Source: an uncultured Alphaproteobacteria bacterium | GTDB lineage: Bacteria > Pseudomonadota > Alphaproteobacteria > Rhizobiales > Rhizobiaceae | Direction of reading: 5' to 3' | Assembly: GCA_963711195.1 (NCBI GenBank) | Contig: CAVQDK010000003.1 | Span: forward strand, 93,423 to 125,422 | Length of the DNA: 32,000 nt | Translations under genes and position numbers: made by a program | Shown: positions 1-9,077 of the stretch, in pieces | Position numbering within the stretch: position 1 is the first letter of the stretch | How the letters are laid out: each line of letters starts with the position of its first letter | The notes under the pieces: generated by a model | Told to the model about the DNA's origin: nothing | Seen by the model: only the letters and a program-made list of their open reading frames with translations | Databases searched by the model: none

Positions 1-514
1 CGACAATGTGCGCAGATAGGCGAGGATCTCGGCACGTTCCTCATCGTCGCGAATGCCGTTGAAACCCATCGACGTGCCGGGCACGTGGTCCTTCGGCCGG
101 TAGAGAAATCCGTTCATTTCGGTGAACGACCAGACCTTGCCTTCGCCGTATTCCTTCAGCGCCGTGGAATAGCCAAAGTCCGGTTTGGCCGCGATCGGCT
201 TGCCGATGATGTTCCAGAGATACGGGCCGACCTTGCTTGGCCTCGCCCTCGCCGAAATTGTGGCAGGCCACGCATTTCTTGGCGACGTTCTGCCCTGCGG
301 CAGGGTCCGCGTTGGCCATCATGAAGGAGGCGTCGACGATGACCTCCTCTTCCTCGGCAACGTCCGCGACTTCCAGCGGACCGCCTTCGATCTCGTAACC
401 GGCGGTTTCCGGCACGTCGGAATGGTACAGCACTTCCGACAGCAGGTTGGCGCCGAACACCACGAAGATGGCCCCAAGAAAGGCCATTGCCAGATCGTTC
501 CAATCGAATTTCAC
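1..514 (-). pseudogene. Membrane-anchored c-type cytochrome (CycM-like), reading frame broken by one extra base near 236; 3' end runs off the window
   Basis: GTG at 514. N-terminal hydrophobic anchor [25 protein letters not shown], acidic linker, then haem motif CVACH. After GEGEA the ORF-track frame becomes nonsense. The adjacent frame reads [79 protein letters not shown] down to position 1, a typical class I cytochrome c body. Confidence 0.8.
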
Positions 515-739
515 GCCATATGCTCCCGGGCCAAAACGCCCTGTTCGTTACCACTATCAACACGTCGGTTGCGCCAGATGCCGAACGCCGCCAGTCGGTA
601 TGGCAGGCGGGTGCGGGTGGCTGTCGGGAAGCGTTTAAGTCCTTTGCCCCGTGCGGGCAACCGCTATAAGGCGGCACGGGAGCAGGTTTCGGCGGGACGA
701 ATTGACCCGCCTTTTCCTTCGCAGATGAGGAACGTGGCA

Positions 740-1478
740 ATGGCGCAGGCAGGATCGACCGTCGTGATGGTGCCCGCCCGCATGGGCTCCACCCGCCTGC
801 CGGGCAAGCCCATGGCCGAAATCGGCGGCGTGCCGATGATCGTGCAGGTCGCCCGCCGCGCCGCCGAAGCCGATGTGGGCCGCGTGATCGTGGCGACCGA
901 CGACGACGCCATCGCCGCCGCCGCTCGCGACGCGGGTTTCGAGGCTGCCATGACCCGCGCCGACCACGCCAGCGGCTCCGACCGCATCTTCGAGGCGGTG
1001 CAGGCGATCGACCCGGACGGGCACATCGATACCATCGTCAACGTGCAGGGCGACCTGCCGACGATCGACCCCGCCGCCATCCGCGCCAGCCTCGTGCCCC
1101 TGGATGACCCTGCCGTGGACTTCGCCACTCTGGCCGCGCTGATCGTGCGCGAGGAGGAGCGCGACAACGAGAACGTGGTCAAGCTGGTCGGGTCGCCGTG
1201 TCGACGAAGATCGCATGCGTGCGCTTTACTTCACCCGCGCCACCGCGCCCCACGGGCCGGGGCCGCTCTACCACCATATCGGCCTCTACGCCTGGCGGCG
1301 GTCTGCGCTTGCCCGCTTCGTCGCCCTGCCGCCCTCACCGCTGGAACTGCGGGAGCGGCTGGAACAGCTGCGCGCGCTGGAGGCTGGGATGCGCTGCGAT
1401 GCGATGGTGGTGGACACCGTGCCGCTGGGCGTCGATACCGCCGAGGACTTGGAACGGGCACGGGCCCTGTTGGCTTGA
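740..1478 (+). pseudogene. kdsB: 3-deoxy-manno-octulosonate cytidylyltransferase (CMP-KDO synthetase), frameshifted near 1199
   Basis: GAGGA lies 8 nt upstream of ATG 740. The N-terminal part [30 protein letters not shown]...NVVKLVGSP is in the frame of 740. The C-terminal part [14 protein letters not shown]...[17 protein letters not shown] is in the frame of ORF 1215..1478. Junction ccg[t]gtcgac; removing one base at ~1199 restores a single frame. Confidence 0.85.
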
Positions 1479-1489
1479 GTAATGTTGGC

Positions 1490-2336
1490 ATGAACGACAC
1501 GAGAACCGGCACCATCGCCTTTCAGGGCGAGGCGGGGGCCAATTCCGACACCGCCTGCCGCAACGTCTTCCCGCAGATGGACACGCTGCCCTGCGACACG
1601 TTCGAGGACGCCTTTGCAGCCCTTTCCGGCGGGCAGGCGGACCTCGCCATGATCCCCATCGAAAACACGCTGGCCGGTCGGGTGGCGGATATTCACGCCC
1701 TGATGCCCGATAGCGGACTGCACATCGTCGGCGAATATTTCCTGCCCATCCACTTCCACCTGATGGCACGACCCGGCGTGGCGCTGGACGACATCGAGAC
1801 CGTCTACAGCCACATCCACGCGCTCGGCCAATGCCGCGACATCATCCGCGCCAATGGCTGGCAGGGCGTCGTTGCGGGCGACACGGCGGGCGCGGCCCGT
1901 ATGGTGAGCGAGATGGAGGCGCGCAACGTGGCGGCGCTGGCACCGGAACTGGCGGCCTCGCTCTACGGCCTCGACATCGTCGAACGCCATGTGGAGGACG
2001 CCGACCACAACACGACCCGTTTCGTCGTCCTGTCCCGCACGCCGGACTGGCCGTCGGTGGATGCGGGCGACGCCATCACCACCTTCGTCTTCCGCGTCCG
2101 CAACGTGCCCGCCGCGCTCTACAAGGTGATGGGCGGCTTTGCGACCAACGGCGTCAACATGACCAAGCTGGAATCCTACCAGATCGGCGGCCAGTTCACG
2201 GCCACACGGTTCTACGCCGATATCGAAGGGCACCCGGAGCAGAAGAACGTCGCAGCTGGCGCTGGAAGAAATGGAGTTCTTCTGCGCCGAAAAGCACGTG
2301 TTGGGCGTCTATCCGGCGAGTGACTGGCGGGGGTAG
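1490..2336 (+). pseudogene. pheA: Prephenate dehydratase, frameshifted near 2252
   Basis: [20 protein letters not shown]...[10 protein letters not shown]...[14 protein letters not shown] is typical PheA (PDT domain plus ACT domain). After aac gtc [g] cag ctg the conserved tail [27 protein letters not shown] is in the next frame, with stop TAG at 2334-2336. Confidence 0.85.
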
Positions 2337-2364
2337 GGGCGGCTTCGCCTCCTCCGCTCTCGGT

Positions 2365-2450
2365 CGTCATCCTCGGGCTTGTCCCGAGGATCCGGTGAGG
2401 CGCTGCAGAACGAGAGGCTCCAGATCCCCGGGTCGAGCCCGAGGATGACG
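2365..2450. repeat. Nested inverted-repeat element downstream of pheA (REP/MITE-like hairpin module)
   Basis: cgtcatcctcgggc (2365-2378) is the exact reverse complement of gcccgaggatgacg (2437-2450). Inside the left arm a second hairpin forms: atcctcggg (2369-2377) / cttgt / cccgaggat (2383-2391). From memory, the ...CCTCGGG...CCCGAGGAT... motif resembles short intergenic repeats in alphaproteobacterial genomes; only one copy is visible here. Confidence 0.55.
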
Positions 2451-3036
2451 GCGTGTTAGGAGCCGGCGGAGTGCAATGCGCACGTGCGGAAACGCCCGCT
2501 GGCTGATTGCAATTCAGCGCGGGAGGCGCGCGCAGCAAAGCGGAGCCACACGAAAGCCATGAGCGCCACAAGCAAAGCGATCTTGCAGGCCTGAGCCTGC
2601 GAGATTGAACCGGCGGGGCATATGTGCCAGACCGTATGCCGTCGTTTCGGCGGAGAGGATCCGCGCCATTCGCCCCGCCCGGTTGGTCTGCGCTTGTCGC
2701 CTCGCTTCCCGTGCCGTCTCCGATGCAGTTTTCACTGCACCTCGACCCATGCCTCCGCGCCGAATGCATCGCACCCCGCGTCAACACTGGCACGCGAACG
2801 GAGCAGCCACCCCTCTGTTGCCAGAAAGGCCCGCCTTGCGACGGGACGGGAGTTTCACCCGCGTCTTACCCCTGAAGCCCGCGCTCCCCCCGGATGGATC
2901 GTTAACCCCACCCGACAGGACAACCGCCCCCACGCGGCGAAGATGACGGTCATGATCCGCCGGTTCCTGCGTGGGAAGGGGGTCAGGGTAGCAGGGGTGT
3001 GGGAGGGGGTGGATAAGGTTTTGGCGCAAAACACTT

Positions 3037-3116
3037 TGCGACAGAATTTTGCGACGGCCAAGCTGCTGATTTCATTTGCCTGCGACAGGCGTTGCAAAAA
3101 GATGGTTTTTGCGACA
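3037..3116. repeat. Four direct copies of a TGCGAC(A/G) core in AT-rich context, function unknown
   Basis: tttgcgacag 3035-3044 (core 3037-3043); ttttgcgacgg (core 3050-3056); cctgcgacagg (core 3081-3087); ttttgcgacaa (core 3110-3116). Three of four are preceded by a T-run. They lie just past the stop of the minus-strand gene 3121..3510. Confidence 0.35.
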
Positions 3117-3120
3117 ATCA

Positions 3121-3510
3121 CTAATCGACCCGAACAAATTCGCGCATAGTTAGACCGAGTTTCGTATGGAAGGACGTTGGGCGAGGTTGACCTTCATCGG
3201 CGGCAACAAAGCGAAATGTCGTTTTGGTCAGTTCGTAGATGGAAGGCAGGGTTTTCCCTGCATCTGCGCCGATGGAATCCACCCAGTCAATAGATTTTGG
3301 ATTGGTGTTAGCATCGAGGCTAAAAACACCTTTGAGCAATATCGTGCCGTCGGGTTTGGTTACACGGAACTCGGAGCCAACAAACGTGCAAATCGCACCA
3401 TCGGCAGAATGTTCGTCGTCTGGAGGTTCGGCAACACCATCGGCCTCAAGGTATGTTTGAGACCAATTTCCTTGAAGTCGTTTGAAATCTGCGCGGCTAT
3501 CCTTAGTCAT
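3121..3510 (-). CDS. Small soluble protein resembling the TIGR03067 (lipocalin-like, uncharacterised) family; encoded on a low-GC islet
   Basis: Intact 129-aa ORF. Motifs recalled for that family: LQGNW near the N-terminus, F.LD....PK.IDW, GKTLPSIYEL, RPTSF. Hand counts of three 60-nt lines inside the gene give 47-53% G+C, versus ~65% in the adjacent bciB line. Confidence 0.55.
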   Translation of the reverse strand: MTKDSRADFKRLQGNWSQTYLEADGVAEPPDDEHSADGAICTFVGSEFRVTKPDGTILLKGVFSLDANTNPKSIDWVDSIGADAGKTLPSIYELTKTTFRFVAADEGQPRPTSFHTKLGLTMREFVRVD

Positions 3511-3574
3511 ATCGGCTTCTTCTCATGAAAGTCGCATTATTGAATGTACGGAACTTTTCCGAACCATAACATCC

Positions 3575-4796
3575 TCACTCCCCCGCCCCCCGCTTCAACC
3601 CATACCGCTCCACCAGCCGCCAGACATGCCCCGGCACCATGGTCTTCATCCGCTTCGGCATCCGCTGGCGCAGGTGAAGCACGGTTTCCACCGCTTTCAT
3701 CTCCACCCGCGCCCGCGCGAATTCGGTGCCTGAGGGGCCGATCTTGGGCATCAGCCAGGCGGCGAGGGGGCGGATGAAATCGGGCATGGCGCGCACGGGC
3801 AGGCCACCGGCGGCGCGCTCTACGTTGGCCATGAAACCGGCCACATGCTTGTGCCGCTTGCCGCTCGTGCCGGGGGCGGAGAGGGCCACCTCGTCGCCCA
3901 GCAGGTCGAGCAATTCCTCGCCCCGCTCGTTGCGCACGATCAGCCATTGCTCCCCCTGTCCGCCCATGTAGCCCACCGTAATGTCGGCCAGCGCGTTGGT
4001 GTAATCGACGCAGGTGCGACAGGTCAGCGGAAAGAAATCCGGGCGCAGTTTGGAAATCGGCAGTTTCAGGAACGGGATCGTTTTCACCCTGCCATCGTCG
4101 AAGCGCAGTTCCACCCGGTAGTCGGCGCGAAACTCCAGATAGCTGATCGTCTCGGGCCGGTCCGACAGCAGGGCGAGAAACTCGTGAAAGTTCTCCGTCG
4201 TCGTGTTGTCGGAACAGGGCGTGCCGATGACGTAGAGCCGTTCCAGCCCCAGTTCCGCCTCCAGCGCCCGCAGCGCATAGACCTGACAGGGAATGCCGAC
4301 GATGCCGATGCGCTTGTGACCCGCCGCGATGGCCGGTTCCAGCAAAGCGAGCAGGGGCGCATAGCCCATCCGCATGCCGCGGCATTGCTTCATGTCTTCG
4401 GCGCGCGTGACGACCGCCGGCACGGGCCGCCAGCGGTCGTCCGGGTCCGGCTTCATGGCGAGGATCGCGTCCACCGCCCCCGTTTCCAGTAGCCGTTCGG
4501 CGATGCGCGTGGTGATCCCCGTCCACTGCGCGCCTTCGCGCGGCACTTTCAGCGACGCGCGGACGATGCGGCGGAAGGGCCCGAAGAACAGCTCGTCCGG
4601 GTTGGCATCCTCGTCCCGCGCGCGCCCGTGAACGGCGGTTTCGGCTGCCGGATAATCCGGCGCGATGAACTGGCAGGCCCGTCCGCACCGGGCCGGGATC
4701 GTCGGTGCGCGACACGCCGCAATCGGTGCACATCTTCCGCGGCGGGGCGGGGGCGAAGCCGGGAATTGACGGGAATTGATCGGGCGCTTGCGTCAT
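3575..4796 (-). pseudogene. bciB: Coenzyme F420 hydrogenase/dehydrogenase beta-subunit family protein, probable ferredoxin-dependent 8-vinyl reductase BciB; frameshifted near 4691
   Basis: ATG at 4796 gives MTQAPDQFPSIPGFAPAPPRKMCTDCGVSRTDDPG. After ggc[c]cgg the next frame reads RCGRACQFIAPDYPAAETAVHGRARDEDANPDELFFGPFRRIVRASLKVPREGAQWTGITT... and joins ORF 3575..4546. That ORF has FrhB-like features: IGIVGIPCQVYALR, CRTCVDYTNALADITVGYMG. 1222 nt minus 1 gives 407 codons. It sits at the PGC edge, divergent from a PpsR-type operator. Confidence 0.6.
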
Positions 4797-4838
4797 GGCG
4801 TTCGCGTCGTCCCGCACACTATACAGATGCCCATGACG

Positions 4839-4876
4839 TGTCATATTGGGCCGATGACTGTCAACGAAAGTGGACA
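4839..4876. promoter_or_regulatory. CrtJ/PpsR-type operator in the bciB / DUF3422-bchIDO divergent intergenic region
   Basis: Perfect TGTC-N10-GACA at 4859-4876 (tgtcaacgaaagtggaca). Imperfect TGTC-N10-GATG at 4839-4856. The consensus TGT-N12-ACA is established for CrtJ/PpsR. Confidence 0.6.
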
Positions 4877-4904
4877 GGTGACGACCTTGGGAAAACAGGC
4901 TCTT

Positions 4905-6237
4905 ATGGCGACAAGCCCCTCCACCGACACGCCTCCAAGCCCGCCCGCCAGCCCGAACGCATGGCTGCAACGGTTCGAGACCGACCCGCGCCGCGCCTTC
5001 GTGCAGGCCGAACGCCATGCCCGCCCGCCGCTGCCCATCGACCCGCCCGGCATCTGCCAGCACCTCGTCTTCCAGACCGAACTGAAGAATTTAGCCGACG
5101 AACGCCGGTCCTGCTTCGACCTGTGCGAGAGGATGGGGCTGGTGCCGGCCAGCGAACTGACGGACCAGATCAAGGCCGAGGGAAAGGGGGCACAGGGCAA
5201 CGGCGTGACGCTGAAGTGGGAGCGCCATACGGAATGCTCCACCTACACGTTCATCGCCGAGAACATCGCCGACCGGCAGGGCTTTCAGCTGTGGACCGAG
5301 CAGGATCTGGGCTGGGAAAACGTGCCCGGCAAGCTGCTCGTCTCCATGGTCGTCGGCATCGAACGCAAGGACGATCCCGTCTGGGCGCAGTCCGGCCATT
5401 TCGACTGGGAGACCACCCCGCCGCTCTGCGCCTCCCTCGTGACCAGCGGGCTGACGCGCATCCAGTCCGACATGCAGATCGGCCCCGCCGGCAGCACCCG
5501 TTTCCTGCTCACCACGTCCAGCACCGAACCGGCCCGGCTTGGTCGCCTGCTGCAGCGGCTGATCGAGATCGAGACCTACGGCGCGTTGTGTCTGTATGCG
5601 TGGAAGGACGTGAAGGAAATCGGCCCTCTGCTGGCCGATGCCGAGGACAAGCTGGGCGGATTGACCAAAAGCCTGTCGCAGGATTCCGGCGTGTCGGACG
5701 AGACGCTGCTGGCCGAACTGACCGCCCTGTCGGCGGCGCATGAGGGAACGACGGCCAAATCCCACTTCCGTCTCAACGCGTCGCTCGCCTACCACGAGAT
5801 CGTCACCCGCCGTCTGGCGGAATTGCGCGAGGAACGCATCGAGGGCTGCCAGCGGCTGGCCAACTTCATCCAGCGCCGCATGAACCCGGCCGCGCGCACC
5901 TACCGCGCCATCCTCACCCGGCAGGAGGAGACCGCCCAGCGCATTTCGCGCGCGACCCAGCTTCTGCGCGGGCGTATCGACGTGGCCATCGGCAAGCAGA
6001 ACCAGCAGCTTGCTCTCTTCCATGAACGAGCGCGCCGAGGCGCAATACCGCCTGCAACGCACGGTGGAAGGCCTGTCCATCGTCGCCATCAGCTACTATG
6101 CGCTGGGCATTCTGGCCTATCTGGCCGCGGTCGTGGCGGGTTATGTGGACGGGGTGGGGGTGAAGGAACTGGTGGGTTTCTCCGTGCCCTTCGTTCTGGC
6201 AATGGTCTGGTTCGGCATTCGCAAAGTGAAGGCATAG
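4905..6237 (+). pseudogene. DUF3422 (COG4949) membrane-anchored protein of unknown function; frameshifted near 6009; first gene of the bchI-bchD-bchO transcription unit
   Basis: KWERHTECSTYTF motif and overall layout recalled for DUF3422. The body is in the frame of ORF 4776..6461 up to ...AIGKQNQQ. The conserved C-terminal membrane part LLSSMNERAEAQYRLQRTVEGLSIVAISYYALGILAYL...RKVKA* is in the frame of ORF 6010..6237 (junction cag cag [c] ttg). ATG 4905 is chosen because it lies downstream of the operator; 4827, 4833 and 4854 are alternatives. The stop is 6 nt before the bchI ATG. Confidence 0.65.
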
Positions 6238-6243
6238 GCAGAC

Positions 6244-7284
6244 ATGGCATCTTCCGCCTACCCGTTTTCAGCCATCGTCGGGCAGGACGACCTGAAACAT
6301 GCGCTCCTGCTGTCCGCCGTCGACCCGTCGCTGGGCGGCGTGCTGGCCTTCGGCGACCGGGGCACGGGCAAGACCACCGCCGTGCGCGGGCTGGCGGCCC
6401 TGCTGCCCGCGATGCAGACCGTGCCGGGGTGCCGCTACCATTGCGACCCGACCACCACTGACAGGCTTTGCGAAGATTGCGCGGCGCGCAAGGATCTGGC
6501 CGAAATCAAACCGCAGACCATCCCCGTGCCGGTCGTCGACCTGCCGCTGGGCGCGACGGAAGACCGGGTGCTGGGCGCGCTCGACATCGAACGGGCGCTG
6601 GTGGACGGCGAACGGGCCTTCGAGCCGGGCCTGCTGGCGGACGCCAATCGCGGCTATCTCTACATCGACGAGGTCAACCTGCTGGAGGACCATCTGGTGG
6701 ACGTGCTGCTGGACGTCGCCGCCTCCGGCTGGAACGTGGTGGAGCGCGAGGGGCTGAGCCTGCGCCACCCGGCCCGGTTCGTGCTCGTCGGCAGCGGCAA
6801 CCCGGAAGAGGGCGAATTGCGCCCGCAGCTTCTCGACCGGTTCGGCCTGTCGGTGGACGTGGAAACCCCGCGCGACATCGCCGCGCGGGTCGAAGTCATC
6901 AAGCGGCGCGAGGCCTACGATGCCGATCCCGCAGCCTTTGCGAAAAAATGGAAGAGCGGCACCACCAAATTGCGCAACCGCATCACCCGCGCCCGGGATG
7001 TTCTGCCGAATGTGAAGGCCGACGATGCCATTCTGGCGCTCGTCGCGGAAATCTGCATCGCGCTCGGCACGGATGGGCTGCGGGGCGAACTGACCCTGAT
7101 AAAGGCCGCCCGCGCCGAAGCCGCGCTGGCCGGGGATGCGGCGATCCTGCCCGCCCATGTACGGGCCATGGCGCCTATGGCGCTGAGCCACCGGTTGCGC
7201 CGCAACCCGCTGGACGAGGCCCGCGCCACCGTGCGTGTGGAGCGCGTGCTGGACGGCATCTTCTCCGCCCGCGACGCGGCCTGA
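6244..7284 (+). CDS. bchI: Magnesium chelatase ATPase subunit I
   Basis: Intact 346 aa. YPFSAIVGQDDLKHALLL, Walker A GDRGTGKTT, YIDEVNLLEDHLVD, RPQLLDRFGL. Confidence 0.95.
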   Translation: MASSAYPFSAIVGQDDLKHALLLSAVDPSLGGVLAFGDRGTGKTTAVRGLAALLPAMQTVPGCRYHCDPTTTDRLCEDCAARKDLAEIKPQTIPVPVVDLPLGATEDRVLGALDIERALVDGERAFEPGLLADANRGYLYIDEVNLLEDHLVDVLLDVAASGWNVVEREGLSLRHPARFVLVGSGNPEEGELRPQLLDRFGLSVDVETPRDIAARVEVIKRREAYDADPAAFAKKWKSGTTKLRNRITRARDVLPNVKADDAILALVAEICIALGTDGLRGELTLIKAARAEAALAGDAAILPAHVRAMAPMALSHRLRRNPLDEARATVRVERVLDGIFSARDAA

Positions 7285-7285
7285 C

Positions 7286-9077
7286 ATGCAGCCGGTTGCG
7301 ATGCAGGCCGCAGACGACCGCACCGCCTTCGAGACCGGCCTGTGGCAGGATGCCTGTCTGGCCGCCGATATTCTGGCGCTCCTCGTCGCCGATGGTCGCC
7401 TGCGCCACGCGGGGATCGTCGTCAGGGGCCATGCCGGACCGGTGCGCGACCTGTGGATGGAGCGGTTGCAAGCCGCGCTTCCGAACCATGTCGCCATCCG
7501 CACCGTCCCCACCGGCATCGCGCCAGACCGCCTGCTCGGCGGTCTCGACCTGTCGGCCACGCTGGCGGCGGGCCGCAAGGTCGTGGCGCAAGGGCTGTTG
7601 GCGCAGGCCGACGGGCATATGCTGCTGCTGCCGATGGCGGATATCTGCGAAGCGGAAACGGCGGCGCTGATCGGCAGCCGCGATGGACAACGGCGCGGTG
7701 CGGGTGGAGCGCGACGGGGTCAGCCGCAGCGAGCCTGCCCGTTTCGGACTGATCGCGTTCGACGAAAGCGCGCCGGACGAGGACGGTATCGCCAAGGGCC
7801 TGCAGGACCGGCTGGCCCTGCATATCGACCTCACCGAAATCAGCATTCGCACGGCACGCAACCGGTTTCGCCATGCCAGCGCACCAGCCGCTTCGGCAGA
7901 TATCGGCGACGATCAGCGCAGCCAGATCTGCACCTATGCTGCCTCCCTCGGTCTCCATTCCCTCCGCCCGGCCATGCAGGCCGTCGAACTGGCCCGCGCC
8001 CATTGCCGCCTGCTGGGTCGCAGCGAAGTGGAGGATGCGGACGTGGCCGCCGCCGTCCGGCTGGGTCTGGCCCATCGCGCGCGATACGTCGCCGCCCCAC
8101 CGCCGCCGGAAGAGGCCGATGCGCAGCCCGAACCGCAACAGGCACCGGACGACGGCAAAGCCGCGCAGGACGACGAGCGAGAATCCACCGCCTCCGCCGA
8201 TGTGCCCGACACGATGCTGCTCGACGCTCTCGCGTCCGCCTTGCCGCCCGGCCTGCTGGCAGACCTGAAAAGCGCCGCCGCCGCGCGATCGTCCCGCGCA
8301 AAGGCCGGACGCAGGGGTGCGCGGCGCGATGCGGCCAGACGGGGCCGACCGCTGACCAGCCGCAAGGGCGAATTGCGCGCCGGAAAACGTCTCGACCTGA
8401 TGGCGACGCTGCGCACCGCTGCCCCATGGCAGAAATTGCGCAGGACGACCGCCCGTGGCGACCGCCACATCCACATCCGTCCGGCCGATTTCTGCATCCG
8501 CCGCTACCGCGAGCATACGGAAACATCGACCATCTTCGTGGTGGACGCTTCCGGTTCCACCGCCATGAACCGGCTGGCGGAAGCCAAGGGGGCCATCGAA
8601 CTGCTGCTGGGCGAAACCTATGCCCGCCGCGACCACGTGGCGCTCGTCAGCTTTCGCGGGCGGGAGGCGGAATTGCTGCTGTCTCCAACCCGCGCACTGG
8701 CGCGCGCGCGCAAATCGCTGGCAGCCCTGCCCGGTGGCGGGGGCACGCCGCTGGCGAGCGGATTGCGCACCGCGCTTGCAGTCGCCGACGAAGAGGCGCG
8801 CCGGGGCAGGGAACCGTCCATCATTCTCATGACCGATGGCAGCGCCAATGTGGGGGCGGACGGCACCGGCGGGCGCAAGCAGGCGGGGCAGGATGCCGAG
8901 ACCGCCGCCCGCGCCATCGCCGCCGCCGGGTTCCGCTGCATCCTCATCGATGTCAGCCGCCAGCCCCAGCCCCGCGCGAAAAATCTCGCTGCCCTCATGG
9001 ACGCGACCTATGTGCCCATGCCGCTGGCCAGTTCGCGCAGCCTGTCGGACGCGGTCAAAGCGGGGCTGGCGTCGTGA
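7286..9077 (+). pseudogene. bchD: Magnesium chelatase subunit D, frameshifted near 7673
   Basis: The ATG is 1 nt after the bchI stop. The N-terminal AAA-like part runs to ...EAETAALI. After atc[g]gca the next frame (ORF 7683..9077) continues AAAMDNGAVRVERDGVS..., then the acidic/proline linker and the C-terminal vWA domain (IFVVDASGSTAMNRL...ILMTDGSANV). 1792 nt minus 1 gives 597 codons. Confidence 0.9.

Noticed and set aside
185-2323. 712-aa ORF on the plus strand
   Set aside because: It is a chimera, not one gene. It consists of antisense read-through of the cytochrome c gene, the first part of kdsB, an out-of-frame stretch across the kdsB C-terminus, and then pheA, all in one open frame because of the high G+C and the kdsB frameshift.
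2848-2860. GGGTGAAACTCCC on the minus strand, reminiscent of the GGTGAAAATCC core of cobalamin riboswitches
   Set aside because: The following sequence (cccgtcgcaagg) does not match the B12 box (CCCGCCACTG-like). There is also no downstream gene on that strand for a riboswitch to control.
3009-3017. GGTGGATAA, one mismatch from a DnaA box (TGTGGATAA)
   Set aside because: It is a single isolated near-match with no cluster of boxes, no AT-rich unwinding element context and no neighbouring replication genes.
3537-5063. 508-aa minus-strand ORF
   Set aside because: Only the segment MTQAPDQFPSIPGFAPAPPRKMCTDCGVSRTDDPG (from ATG 4796) is real bciB N-terminus. The rest is Arg/Gly/Ala-rich out-of-frame sequence over bciB and the intergenic region.
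6268-7578. 436-aa minus-strand ORF antisense to bchI, and other 100-400-aa ORFs overlapping bchD (7422..8636, 6468..7670, 8836..10044)
   Set aside because: All are out-of-frame or antisense to strongly conserved Mg-chelatase and BchO sequence, and are compositionally biased (Arg/Pro/Gly/Ala).
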